The notes below the pieces were generated by a model that ran no database searches, was not told the DNA's origin, and saw nothing but the letters and a program-made list of their open reading frames with translations. The translations under genes were made by a program, and so were the position numbers. Positions 27,881-37,502 of a stretch of 64,000 nt of DNA are shown here, piece after piece (the stretch's first letter is position 1; each line of letters begins with the position of its first letter). This DNA comes from an uncultured Acidimicrobiales bacterium (GTDB taxonomy: Bacteria > Actinomycetota > Acidimicrobiia > Acidimicrobiales > SZUA-35), in assembly GCA_938021675.1 (NCBI GenBank), contig CALIFY010000012.1, positions 19,697 to 83,696 of the forward strand, given 5' to 3'.

Positions 27881-28669
27881 ATGACAGAGATCCCTGAGCA
27901 TCTAAGAAAACGAGCATCCGAGGCGAGGAAGAAGGCCGAGGGTTCCGCATCTGAGGCAACGCCGCCGGCATCGACCGACGCCGGTACATCCTCGGGCGGC
28001 GGGGGATCCGCGTCAAAGATCCCCGAGCATTTACTTCAGCGGTCCAAGTCGGCCAAACAACGCGATGCCGACGGAGGTGGGTCCACCGCCACCGCAGTGG
28101 CCCCGGCCGCGGCAGCGGTAGCCACCGCAACCGCCACCGCGGCGGCGCCGTTACCGACGATGACCGGTCCGGCCGGTCATACACAGCGGCTATTGACCGT
28201 CGTCAAGTCGGGTTCGATCCAAGACATCAAAGCGCAGCCACTCGACAAGGTACACACCTGGCCCCACCTGATCGTCGTCGAGTTTGGCGCCACCTTGGCG
28301 GTCACCGCCTTCCTTACCTTCTTCTCCATCTTCGTCAACGCTCCCTTGCTCCGTCTGGCCGATGTCAACGCCACACCGAACCCGTCGAAGGCACCGTGGT
28401 ACTTCCTCGGTCTTCAGGAACTGCTGACGATGTTCCACCCGATGGTCGCCGGCGTCACGATCCCTGGCATCGGCCTGTTCGCTCTCATGTTGGCGCCCTA
28501 TATCGATCGCAATCCGAGCAATAAGCCAGAGGATCGAAAGTTCGCCGTGTCGGTGTTCACCATATTCATGATGTTCTGGGCGGTATTGGTCATCATCGGC
28601 TCGTTCTTCCGAGGCCCCGGGTTCAACTTCGTGTTCCCGTGGGTCGAGGGCATCTTCTTCGACCTGTAG
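27881..28669 (+). CDS. petD: Cytochrome b6f-type subunit IV with N-terminal extension
   Basis: WPHL, NATPNPSKAPWYFLG (PEWY-equivalent), PYIDRNP..KPEDRK; three TMs. Confidence 0.85.
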   Translation: MTEIPEHLRKRASEARKKAEGSASEATPPASTDAGTSSGGGGSASKIPEHLLQRSKSAKQRDADGGGSTATAVAPAAAAVATATATAAAPLPTMTGPAGHTQRLLTVVKSGSIQDIKAQPLDKVHTWPHLIVVEFGATLAVTAFLTFFSIFVNAPLLRLADVNATPNPSKAPWYFLGLQELLTMFHPMVAGVTIPGIGLFALMLAPYIDRNPSNKPEDRKFAVSVFTIFMMFWAVLVIIGSFFRGPGFNFVFPWVEGIFFDL

Positions 28670-28754
28670 GGCAGGAGCACACCATGTCGTATGCCATCGT
28701 CCAGAGCAGCGGTACCACAATCCTCACTAGCCATTTGCCGGACAGGAGTCTGTA

Positions 28755-29642
28755 ATGTCCTTCGTCTTCATAGGAATCGCAATCCTCGCGATTCTGGCGC
28801 TGGCCATGGTGGCGGTCTCGTTCCGCCGACGCGATACCTACAACGCCATCGGTCAGCTTTCGAGCGAGACCATCAAGCGCGACCGTTCGGTGGCGGTTGT
28901 TGGGGCCGCCGACGTCGGGGCCGAAGAGTCGTCGACGAGTGAGGTCTCCGGCTCGGCCATCGAGGCTCAAGCCCGGGCCGAATGGTCGGGTAGCCTCGTC
29001 CCGCTCGATGACTCGCCGCCTGCGGTGTACGTTCCCCCCGACCCAGAGACGTTGGGGGTCACGCGTCGACAATTCCTCAACCGGGGAATCGTCGCAATGT
29101 TCGGGCTCGGTCTGGCCGCCTTCGGCGGAGCGGTGCTCGCTCAGCTATGGCCAAAGCCAACCGAAGGCTTCGGGGCAAAGCTGAACGTCGGCCGAATCGG
29201 TGACCTCAAGAACGAGATACGATCCAACGGCGGATTCTTCTACTTTCCTCAGGGCCGAATGTGGCTCACCGAGTATCCGACGAGCGCGCTGGCCAAGGCC
29301 GAGACAACGTACGGTTTCTACCCGCAAGTGCAACAGGGCCTAGAAGCAGGAGTGGTTGCACTGTTCCAAACCTGCCCGCATCTTGGTTGCCGGGTTCCGG
29401 AATGTCTCACTTCGCAGTGGTTCGAATGCCCATGCCATGGTTCGCAGTACAACCGGGTGGGCGAAAAGAAGGGCGGTCCGGCGCCTCGGGGCATGGACCG
29501 GTTCCCGATGGAAGTAAACGCCGCAAACGAGCTTCTGGTCGACACTGGAAACGTCATCCAGGGGCCGCCGATCGGCGTCAACACAACAGGTCAGGAAGCT
29601 GAGGGTCCCAACTGCCTCAGCGAGGGTGGTGGACACGGCTGA
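28755..29642 (+). CDS. petC: Rieske [2Fe-2S] protein of the Rieske/cytochrome b complex
   Basis: CPHLGC and CPCHGSQY, GPAPRGM; internal Tat motif TRRQFL plus an extra N-terminal TM. Confidence 0.92.
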   Translation: MSFVFIGIAILAILALAMVAVSFRRRDTYNAIGQLSSETIKRDRSVAVVGAADVGAEESSTSEVSGSAIEAQARAEWSGSLVPLDDSPPAVYVPPDPETLGVTRRQFLNRGIVAMFGLGLAAFGGAVLAQLWPKPTEGFGAKLNVGRIGDLKNEIRSNGGFFYFPQGRMWLTEYPTSALAKAETTYGFYPQVQQGLEAGVVALFQTCPHLGCRVPECLTSQWFECPCHGSQYNRVGEKKGGPAPRGMDRFPMEVNAANELLVDTGNVIQGPPIGVNTTGQEAEGPNCLSEGGGHG

Positions 29643-31288
29643 TGCTGGCTACATATGTTTTTGCCGCCGATTTCAGGGCAATCGGCCTAACGGTCGCGCT
29701 GATCGTCTTTATTGGCTTTGCCGCCGTCTTTGTCTGGAACATGGTTCGGGCCCGGCCCGAATTGGGTTCGGAGATCGAGCTGGCGGCCAACCGGAAGGAA
29801 TATCTTTCCGACGAAGAGCTCGAAGGTGAAAAGCTTGATCGTTCCCTGAGCTTCGCTCTCGTGCTGCTCACCTTACTGGCGGTCACGCTGCCGTTTTATT
29901 GGATCGCAGAACCGGGTCGTCAAGAGGGTGCTGCCGATGCCTACAACCTCTCGTTCGAGAGCCGTGGCGAAGGTAGCTATCTCGAAGGCGCGCAGTGCGT
30001 CAACTGTCATGCCGGTGGTGGCGTCGGCGGTACGGCCCCATATGTACTGCAAGACGTCGACGGTCAGTTTATTGCGAACGCATCCTGGCAAGCGCCAGCA
30101 CTCAATAACGTGTTGCTGCGCTATTCCGAGGACGAAGTCCGTTACATCCTTAACTTCGGTCGCCCCGGTTCCCCCATGGCAGCATGGGGCACCCCCGGTG
30201 GTGGACCTCTCACCACCCAGCAGGTCGACAACATCGTGGTGTACCTGCGAACCCTGCAGCAGCAGAGTTTGGATGTCACCGAGATCGCCCTGGCCGGCGA
30301 TGTCGATCCACAAGACCCCGAGAGTGTCGAAGCTCAGGAGGCGGCCGACGAGGTACAGGAAGCCGTCGTCGCCGAGGTTGAGCGTTCATTGGCCGATGGT
30401 GAGTACGAAACCATCGGTGAGGCCGTGTTCAACCTGGGGCTCCAATCCGGTTTTGCCGGTGGCGCTTTTTCTTGTGGACGATGCCATACCGCAGGCTGGT
30501 CGCTTGGTCTCGATGCCGTTCCCGAGATCCTCGATGAGGGGCACGCCGGTTGTGGTGGCGGCAACCCGTCGGGAATCGGATTCAACCTTTGCGGAGGTTC
30601 GGTCAAAGATCGATTCCCCGATGATTCATGGCTCCGACCGGATGGCACATGGTATGCCCTAGAGCAGTCGGTCGAAGATGGTTTCACCCGACCGAGCGAA
30701 GGTAACCCCGTCGGTTACGACGGCACGTATATCGAGGCGATGGACGGAACCCGAGTCGATCTCGACGACAGCGGAAACCCGATCACCGACGACGGCGAGC
30801 CGTACATCATCCTTCCCGGGGCCGAAACGGCGCCGAGTGCTGCCGCCGATGGCGACGACGACGAGACCGACGAAGAGGCGGATGCGACGCCGACGAGCAC
30901 CGAAGATCGCGATGGCGACTTGGCCGAATGCGGCTTCGTCTCCGGCTTGTGGGAGCCCGAAGGTGGCTCGGTCTACGCCTTCGATCCCTCGGTCGAGATC
31001 GCCGAGGATGAGAACGGTGCCTTCATCGATCCCGATCCACTGGAGTTGGCCGATGCCGGAGCGGACGCCATCGTCCTTCCGGACGGGCAGATCATCGCCG
31101 ACTGCAACATCATCGAGATGCCCCCTCGTACCAGCCAGACCCACTACGCGTTCGTCTATGACGGAGCCGATGCCGGTGAAGGGTATGGCCGAGGCGGATT
31201 GAGTGCTGCCGGGATGATGCCTGGCTTCGGTAGGATTCTGCCGCCTGAGTACATTCAGGCCGTTGTCGACTACGAGCGAGGGCTGTGA
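29642..31288 (+). CDS. Membrane-anchored dihaem cytochrome c with large acidic insertions
   Basis: Two N-terminal TMs, CVNCH and CGRCH, candidate axial Met in SPMAAWG and GMMPGFG. Confidence 0.85.
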   Translation: MLATYVFAADFRAIGLTVALIVFIGFAAVFVWNMVRARPELGSEIELAANRKEYLSDEELEGEKLDRSLSFALVLLTLLAVTLPFYWIAEPGRQEGAADAYNLSFESRGEGSYLEGAQCVNCHAGGGVGGTAPYVLQDVDGQFIANASWQAPALNNVLLRYSEDEVRYILNFGRPGSPMAAWGTPGGGPLTTQQVDNIVVYLRTLQQQSLDVTEIALAGDVDPQDPESVEAQEAADEVQEAVVAEVERSLADGEYETIGEAVFNLGLQSGFAGGAFSCGRCHTAGWSLGLDAVPEILDEGHAGCGGGNPSGIGFNLCGGSVKDRFPDDSWLRPDGTWYALEQSVEDGFTRPSEGNPVGYDGTYIEAMDGTRVDLDDSGNPITDDGEPYIILPGAETAPSAAADGDDDETDEEADATPTSTEDRDGDLAECGFVSGLWEPEGGSVYAFDPSVEIAEDENGAFIDPDPLELADAGADAIVLPDGQIIADCNIIEMPPRTSQTHYAFVYDGADAGEGYGRGGLSAAGMMPGFGRILPPEYIQAVVDYERGL

Positions 31289-32211
31289 TGCAAATACTGG
31301 CGACGGCCGTGCTCGGTCTTATCGACGGAATCGGATTCGATCCGTTTTTCCGTGGCTTCCTCAGCGTCATGGTCGGCGTGGTGGTGTTGATCGGAGGAAC
31401 GTACCTCCTGATCGCCACCAACACCGGCGCTCGCTCCGGCATGATGATCGCCTGCGGCGGGCTCTTCGGGTGGATGTTCCTGATGGGCGTCTTTTGGACG
31501 GTCTACGGCATCGGTTGGGTCGGTGCCGGCCCAACATGGGAACTGGTTGAGATAAACGTCGACGACGTCGAAGACACCGACGATGGTCTGCTGTTCTCCG
31601 AGATCGACGTGGCCCAAGAGCTTCACGCCGTCGATGTGTCGGTTGAAGCCGATGACCCGGACGAGGCGCAGATCCTCGCCCTCGAACGGTCGAACGAAGT
31701 TGACCTTGGGGAGTGGCGGTATCTTCCGACCTCGGACCCGATCCGAGGCGAAGCACAAGCATCGGCCGATGCGTTCCTCATCGAGGAAGGCGTGTTCGAG
31801 AGCGGCGGGTTTCTTCCGTTGCAGTTCGGTGGGTTCACCTCGGGTGGGAAACCGGTATTGACCGACGACCCGAGCATGTTGGATCGAGTCGTTCATTTCT
31901 TCGAAGAGACGTTCCTCAACCCGTCCCATCCCGAGGAACGGATCGTGATCCAAGCCCGGGAAATCATTAACAAACCAGTGCTTCCCGGCGAGCCACCACC
32001 GGTGGCAGAAGTCGACCCTGAACAGCCGTTGGTATCGGTGATCATGGTGCGCGACCGGGGCGGCCCGCTTCCAGCTCTCATTAGTGGCCTGCGATTTACC
32101 CCTCTGGTGTTCACCGTGGCCAACGGCGCGTTGTTCGCTGCCTTCGCCCTGTCCCTGCATTATCGGGATCGACGTGAAGACGAGATCCGGGCTGCCGTAG
32201 CGGCGGGATAG
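31288..32211 (+). CDS. Hypothetical membrane protein (2 N-terminal TMs, acidic exterior domain, C-terminal TM)
   Basis: Coupled to the cyt c stop (TGATG); GGTYLLIATNTGARSG and YGIGW segments. Confidence 0.8.
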   Translation: MQILATAVLGLIDGIGFDPFFRGFLSVMVGVVVLIGGTYLLIATNTGARSGMMIACGGLFGWMFLMGVFWTVYGIGWVGAGPTWELVEINVDDVEDTDDGLLFSEIDVAQELHAVDVSVEADDPDEAQILALERSNEVDLGEWRYLPTSDPIRGEAQASADAFLIEEGVFESGGFLPLQFGGFTSGGKPVLTDDPSMLDRVVHFFEETFLNPSHPEERIVIQAREIINKPVLPGEPPPVAEVDPEQPLVSVIMVRDRGGPLPALISGLRFTPLVFTVANGALFAAFALSLHYRDRREDEIRAAVAAG

Positions 32212-32266
32212 GGTTTTGGCGGTAGTAGACCCGATTTTGATTCAAGATCAGCAGAGGAGGACATAA

Positions 32267-32848
32267 ATGGCTCAGTACCTACCTGTTCTGGTCCTATTGG
32301 TCCTGGCTGCGCTCTTCGCGGCCTTGAGCTTTATGGCCTCCAAGCTGCTGGCTCCCCGGAACCCGACGGTTGAGAAGTACGCGCCGTACGAGTGCGGGAT
32401 TATCCCAGGTCGAGAACCACCGGAACGTTTTCCGGTTCGCTTTTACCTCATCGCCATGCTGTTCGTGATCTTCGACATAGAGATCGTGTTCCTCTATCCG
32501 TGGGCAGTGGCAAGCGATCGGCTCGGTCTCGCCGGACTCTTGGCCATTCTGCTCTTCTCGGCGCTGGTGTTCGAGTCGTTCGTCTACCTCATTTCTAAAG
32601 GGGCGCTCGATTGGGGTCCGCTCCAAATTTCGCAACGCCAGGATGTGATGCGAACCGCCGAACGAACGACGGCAACCACCATTCGTCGGGTCGGGCTTGA
32701 CGGACGACTTGAAGAGATTCGTAGCAATCGGTTTGACGACGGGCCAGAGCGGGAATTGGTCAGCAGTGAGTTAGTTGACAGCGAGTCGGCTGGCAGCGAG
32801 TTGGTTGGGACCGAATCGGTTGGTACCGGCCACAAGGGAGCAGCCTGA
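32267..32848 (+). CDS. nuoA: NADH-quinone oxidoreductase subunit A (C-terminal extension)
   Basis: [25 protein letters not shown]. Confidence 0.95.
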   Translation: MAQYLPVLVLLVLAALFAALSFMASKLLAPRNPTVEKYAPYECGIIPGREPPERFPVRFYLIAMLFVIFDIEIVFLYPWAVASDRLGLAGLLAILLFSALVFESFVYLISKGALDWGPLQISQRQDVMRTAERTTATTIRRVGLDGRLEEIRSNRFDDGPERELVSSELVDSESAGSELVGTESVGTGHKGAA

Positions 32849-32850
32849 GA

Positions 32851-33441
32851 ATGGGCGTCATTCACAACGTGCAGGCCTCGGGTGTCGAGGGTCTCGATCA
32901 CAACTTCATCACCGCACCGCTTGAGAAACTGGTGAATTGGTCTCGAGCCCGTTCGTCATGGCCGGCAACGTTCGGTCTTGCCTGTTGCGCCATTGAGATG
33001 ATGGCCACCGGCGGCTCGCACTACGATCTCGCACGCCTCGGCATGGAAGTGTTTCGGGCGTCACCCCGACAGGCCGACGTGATGATCGTCGCCGGTCGAG
33101 TCAGTCAGAAGATGGCCCCCGTTCTCCGTCAGATCTATGACCAAATGATGGAACCGAAGTGGGTTATCTCCATGGGGGTTTGCGCCTCTAGCGGCGGAAT
33201 GTTCAACAACTATGCCATCGTCCAGGGTGTCGATCAGATCGTTCCGGTCGATGTATACGCCCCCGGTTGCCCACCCGGCCCTGAAACGCTGCTCCACGCC
33301 ATCACCACTCTCCATACCCAGATCGAGACCGGCGAGTTGCTTCGCCGCAGAAGCGAGACCGGTGCTGGAGCCAACCTGATGATCGAGCAGTTGGACGGGC
33401 AAGGAAAATCCACCATGGTCACGCTTGGTTCGAAGACGTGA
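32851..33441 (+). CDS. nuoB: NADH-quinone oxidoreductase subunit B
   Basis: [33 protein letters not shown]. Confidence 0.97.
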   Translation: MGVIHNVQASGVEGLDHNFITAPLEKLVNWSRARSSWPATFGLACCAIEMMATGGSHYDLARLGMEVFRASPRQADVMIVAGRVSQKMAPVLRQIYDQMMEPKWVISMGVCASSGGMFNNYAIVQGVDQIVPVDVYAPGCPPGPETLLHAITTLHTQIETGELLRRRSETGAGANLMIEQLDGQGKSTMVTLGSKT

Positions 33442-34034
33442 GCAAGGACGTCACACCGGTGGAGAAAACAGAAGATGAGTTGGACGGAGCGCCGGAATCA
33501 CCTGACGATGAGTCGCCCGACGCTTCCAGCACGTCGGCCTACGGTTGTTCGGTCTCCTACTCGCGGGGCCAGCGCGTCATCCATCCCGACCGGGGCACCT
33601 GGGCTGAGGTAGCGGCTGCGTTGCTGGCCGACGGTTGGAACATGTGTGTCGACGTGACAGCGGTCGACTACAGCACATACGACGGGTCCCGAGACTTGCC
33701 AGATGGCGTGGCGCCCGAACGGTTCGAACTGATCGCCTCGTTCATTTCCCACACCACTCGCGATCGGTTGAGAGCCCGAGTCCAAATTCCGGCCGACGAT
33801 CCCGTCGTCTCCTCGCTTTACCATCTGTATCCCGGCACCGACTATCTCGAGCGTGAAGTGTTCGACCTCATGGGTATCGCCTTCGACGGGCATCCCGACC
33901 TCTCACGGATTCTCATGCCGGAGAACTGGGACGGTCATCCGCTGCGGAAGGATTACGCCGTAGGCGCCATCCCGGTGCAGTTCAAAGCGACCGCCGCCGC
34001 CTCGACCGGGACCGGGCCGGAGGCACAGCGATGA
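33438..34034 (+). CDS. nuoC: NADH-quinone oxidoreductase subunit C
   Basis: [29 protein letters not shown]. Confidence 0.95.
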   Translation: MSKDVTPVEKTEDELDGAPESPDDESPDASSTSAYGCSVSYSRGQRVIHPDRGTWAEVAAALLADGWNMCVDVTAVDYSTYDGSRDLPDGVAPERFELIASFISHTTRDRLRARVQIPADDPVVSSLYHLYPGTDYLEREVFDLMGIAFDGHPDLSRILMPENWDGHPLRKDYAVGAIPVQFKATAAASTGTGPEAQR

Positions 34035-35371
34035 CCGCCACCGAATCCGAAACGCCCACCCAATCTGAAACACGGCCTGACGCCGACACTCGCTCCGATG
34101 CATCACCCGGGCAGCTCGATCGGTTACCCCGGCGAGGTGCGGTACTGCGAATGTCGGAGGTCCGGGCCGCCGAGGAAGTAGCGAGCGAACCGCTCGGCGA
34201 CGAAAACGACCAAACCATGTTGATGAACATGGGCCCGTCGCATCCGTCAACCCACGGTGTGCTCCGGCTCATGCTCGAACTCGATGGTGAGACCATCGTC
34301 CGGTCAAAGCCGGTGATCGGGTATCTCCACACCGGCATGGAGAAGACCGGCGAGCAGCTGACCTACCTACAGGGTCCGACGAACGTCACCCGGATGGACT
34401 ATGCCGCCCCGCTATTCAATGAGCTTGTGTTCTCATTGGCCGTCGAGGAACTGGTCGGTATCGAAATCCCGGAGCGAGCTACCTGGATCCGAATGTTGAT
34501 GACCGAGCTCAACCGGATCTCGTCCCATCTGCTGTTCATGGCCACCAACGGGATGGACCTCGGCGCGGTGTCGATGATGATCTACGGCTGGCGAGAGCGC
34601 GAGCAGGTGCTTCGGTTCTTCCAGAAGGTCACCGGTCTTCGAATGAACCACAACTACATCCGGCCCGGCGGCGTTGCCGCCGACCTACCGGACGGTTGGC
34701 GTGACGACGTCCTGACGCTGATGGAGATGTTGCCGCCCCGGCTGGAAGAGTACGACACCTTGATGACCGGTCAGCCGATCTGGCGTGAGCGTCTCCAAGG
34801 CGTTGGTGTTCTCACCCCCGAAGAGGCGTTGGCCCTGTCGGCCACCGGACCGGTGCTCCGCTCGACCGGTGTCGCCTGGGATCTTCGTCGGGATATGCCG
34901 TATCTGGCGTTCGACGAGGTCGACTTCGACGTGGTCGTCGGCTCGTACGGTGATTCGTTCGACCGGTACGCCATCCGTCTGAACGAGATCCGAGAGTCGA
35001 TTCGGATCGTCAACCAAATTCTCGACAAGATGCCGCCCGGAGACTATCGGGCCCAAGATGCCAAGGTCACTCCGCCACCCCGAGCACGGATCGATGAGTC
35101 GATGGAGGCTCTGATCCATCACTTCAAGATCTTCACCGAGGGTTTCAAGGTGCCCGAGGGCGAGGTCTACGTGGCGGTCGAATCGCCCCGGGGCGAACTC
35201 GGCTGTTACCTGGTGTCCGATGGCGGGCCGAAGCCGTATCGCATGCACATTCGGGGCCCGAGTTTCGTCAACCTCCAGACCATGCCCCACATGATGGCCG
35301 ACAGCTTGATCGCCGATGCGGTCGCTGTTATCTCCTCGGTCGATCCGATTCTCGGAGAGGTCGACCGGTGA
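34031..35371 (+). CDS. nuoD: NADH-quinone oxidoreductase subunit D
   Basis: NMGPSHPSTHGVLRL, GYLHTGMEK, ESPRGELG, GEVDR. Confidence 0.97.
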   Translation: MTATESETPTQSETRPDADTRSDASPGQLDRLPRRGAVLRMSEVRAAEEVASEPLGDENDQTMLMNMGPSHPSTHGVLRLMLELDGETIVRSKPVIGYLHTGMEKTGEQLTYLQGPTNVTRMDYAAPLFNELVFSLAVEELVGIEIPERATWIRMLMTELNRISSHLLFMATNGMDLGAVSMMIYGWREREQVLRFFQKVTGLRMNHNYIRPGGVAADLPDGWRDDVLTLMEMLPPRLEEYDTLMTGQPIWRERLQGVGVLTPEEALALSATGPVLRSTGVAWDLRRDMPYLAFDEVDFDVVVGSYGDSFDRYAIRLNEIRESIRIVNQILDKMPPGDYRAQDAKVTPPPRARIDESMEALIHHFKIFTEGFKVPEGEVYVAVESPRGELGCYLVSDGGPKPYRMHIRGPSFVNLQTMPHMMADSLIADAVAVISSVDPILGEVDR

Positions 35372-35441
35372 TCGCGGTGTTCGTTGAGTTCGCTGTTGAT
35401 TCACCCGTCGGTGGGATGATTTCGGGAAGGGTAGATCGCTA

Positions 35442-36074
35442 GTGTCTCGCTTAACCGCAGAAAACGTCCTTCTCGCGCAGGAGATTATCGCTCGTTACCC
35501 TCGGCCAAAGTCGGCGTTGATCCCGTTGCTGCATCTGGCGCAAGAGCAGGATGGCTATGTCGCCGCCGACGCCATGGAGCATTTGGCCGAACTCATCGGC
35601 AGCACGCCAGCCGAGGTACTCGGTACGTGCTCGTTCTACGAGATGTTCAAGCGGGAACCGGTCGGTCGGTACGTCATCAACGTCTGCACCAATATCTCCT
35701 GTCAGCTGAACGGCGGCGAAGAGCTGCTGCACCACGCCGAGGAGGCGCTGGGGATACGAGCCGGCGGCACCACGGATGACGGACTGTTCACCCTGGAAGA
35801 CGTCGAGTGCATCGCCGCCTGCACCGAAGCGCCTTGCCTGCAGGTCAACTACCGCTATGAGTATCGGATCGATGGGGGAGGGTTCGATCGCCTCGTCGAC
35901 GACCTCCGCAACAACGCCCGCCCCGATATCCCTCGTCATGGCACGCTGGCCCGTGACCGCCAACATATCCCGGCCGATCGCCTGGCCGGAATCGCGTCAC
36001 CGGAGACGGCCGGCACTCCGGCCTGGTTCGAACGCCGCCAGAAAGCCGAAGCGCCGGCAGAGGAGCGCGCCTGA
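35442..36074 (+). CDS. nuoE: NADH-quinone oxidoreductase subunit E
   Basis: SALIPLLHLAQ, CTNISC, ECIAAC (N1a ligands). Confidence 0.95.
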   Translation: MSRLTAENVLLAQEIIARYPRPKSALIPLLHLAQEQDGYVAADAMEHLAELIGSTPAEVLGTCSFYEMFKREPVGRYVINVCTNISCQLNGGEELLHHAEEALGIRAGGTTDDGLFTLEDVECIAACTEAPCLQVNYRYEYRIDGGGFDRLVDDLRNNARPDIPRHGTLARDRQHIPADRLAGIASPETAGTPAWFERRQKAEAPAEERA

Positions 36075-36077
36075 TCA

Positions 36078-37502
36078 ATGGCTACTAACGACTACATCCC
36101 CCACGCCCCCGGTTTTGTCGACAACGAAGGTCCGAAGATCGTTTCTAGCCGGTTTGGTCACGCTGATAGCTTCACTCTCGAGCGCTATGAGCAAACCGGC
36201 GGGTACCAAGCGGTCCGCAGCGTGTTGGCCGGTTCGACTTCCGACGCAGCCCAATTGGTAAAGGACGCTGTGCTCCTCGGACGGGGCGGCGCCGGTTTTC
36301 CGGCAGGCGTCAAATGGGGATTCATGCCACCGGTCTGGCCGCGATACCTCGTGGTCAACGGCGATGAGTCCGAGCCGGGAACCTACAAAGATCGCCTGCT
36401 GATGGAGCGCGACCCTCACCAGCTGATCGAGGGTTGTCTGATCGCCTGCTACGCGCTCGGTCTCAACACCTGTTTCCTCTACGTCAGAGGCGAGATGGCC
36501 GAAGCGCAAGAGCGGATCGGTACCGCGCTAAACGATGCCTACGATGCCGGCTACGTCGGACGCGACATGTTCGGCACCGATGTGGCCATCGACATAGTTC
36601 TCCACTGGGGTGCCGGCGCCTACATCGTCGGCGAGGAAACGGCATTGATCGAAAGCCTCGAAGGAAATCGTGGCATGCCTCGGCTCAAGCCGCCGTTCTT
36701 CCCCGCGGCCAAAGGCCTCTATATGAAACCGACGATCGTCAACAACGTCGAGACCTTGGCCAACCTCCCCTGGCTGTTCACCAACGGGGTTGACGCCTAC
36801 AAAGAATACGGTTCAGAGCGTTCGCCCGGTACCCGCATGCTGGCGGTGAGCGGTCACGTGAACCGACCCGGTGTGTATGAAGTTGAGCAGGGCGTCGTTA
36901 CCTTCCGCGAGCTGTTCTACGGCGACAATTACTGCCAGGGCATTCGCGACGGCAACGACCTGAAGATGTTTATCCCCGGTGGCGGGTCGGCGCCCTGGTT
37001 CTTTGAAGAACAACTCGACCTACCGATGGAAGCAGCCGACGTCGGCAGCGCCGGTTCCATGCTCGGATCGGGCGCACTCGTGGTGATGGATGAAACCACC
37101 GATGCGGTCAAAGCATGCCTCCGGATCGTACGGTTCTTCGCCCGGGAGTCGTGTGGGAAATGCACGCCATGCCGCGAAGGCACGACCTGGGAGGAACAGA
37201 TCCTTCAACGCATCCTCGACGGCAACGGTCGACCCGAGGATCTCGATTTGTTGGCCGATATCGGTTCGCAGATCAGTCCCGGAGAGTACCCGGCTGCGGC
37301 CCATCCCGAAGCCGGGCTGACCGCGGTGCCGTTTCCGCCGAAACAGACGACGATCTGCCCACTCGGTCCATCATCGGTCGCACCCATTACGTCGGCGATT
37401 CGTCGGTTCCGACACGAGTTCGAGGCGGCGATCGCCGCGTCGCCGGCTGCTCCGGAGTCCGATCCCGAACAACGAGACGCGGTAGTCGAGGTGTCGGCAT
37501 GA
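36078..37502 (+). CDS. nuoF: NADH-quinone oxidoreductase subunit F
   Basis: GRGGAGFP, NGDESEPGTYKD, GAGAYIVGEETAL, ESCGKCTPCREG...TICPLG. Confidence 0.96.
   Translation: MATNDYIPHAPGFVDNEGPKIVSSRFGHADSFTLERYEQTGGYQAVRSVLAGSTSDAAQLVKDAVLLGRGGAGFPAGVKWGFMPPVWPRYLVVNGDESEPGTYKDRLLMERDPHQLIEGCLIACYALGLNTCFLYVRGEMAEAQERIGTALNDAYDAGYVGRDMFGTDVAIDIVLHWGAGAYIVGEETALIESLEGNRGMPRLKPPFFPAAKGLYMKPTIVNNVETLANLPWLFTNGVDAYKEYGSERSPGTRMLAVSGHVNRPGVYEVEQGVVTFRELFYGDNYCQGIRDGNDLKMFIPGGGSAPWFFEEQLDLPMEAADVGSAGSMLGSGALVVMDETTDAVKACLRIVRFFARESCGKCTPCREGTTWEEQILQRILDGNGRPEDLDLLADIGSQISPGEYPAAAHPEAGLTAVPFPPKQTTICPLGPSSVAPITSAIRRFRHEFEAAIAASPAAPESDPEQRDAVVEVSA

Noticed and set aside
35368-35442. 24-aa ORF bridging the nuoD stop and nuoE start
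   Set aside because: Too short and featureless to distinguish from chance.
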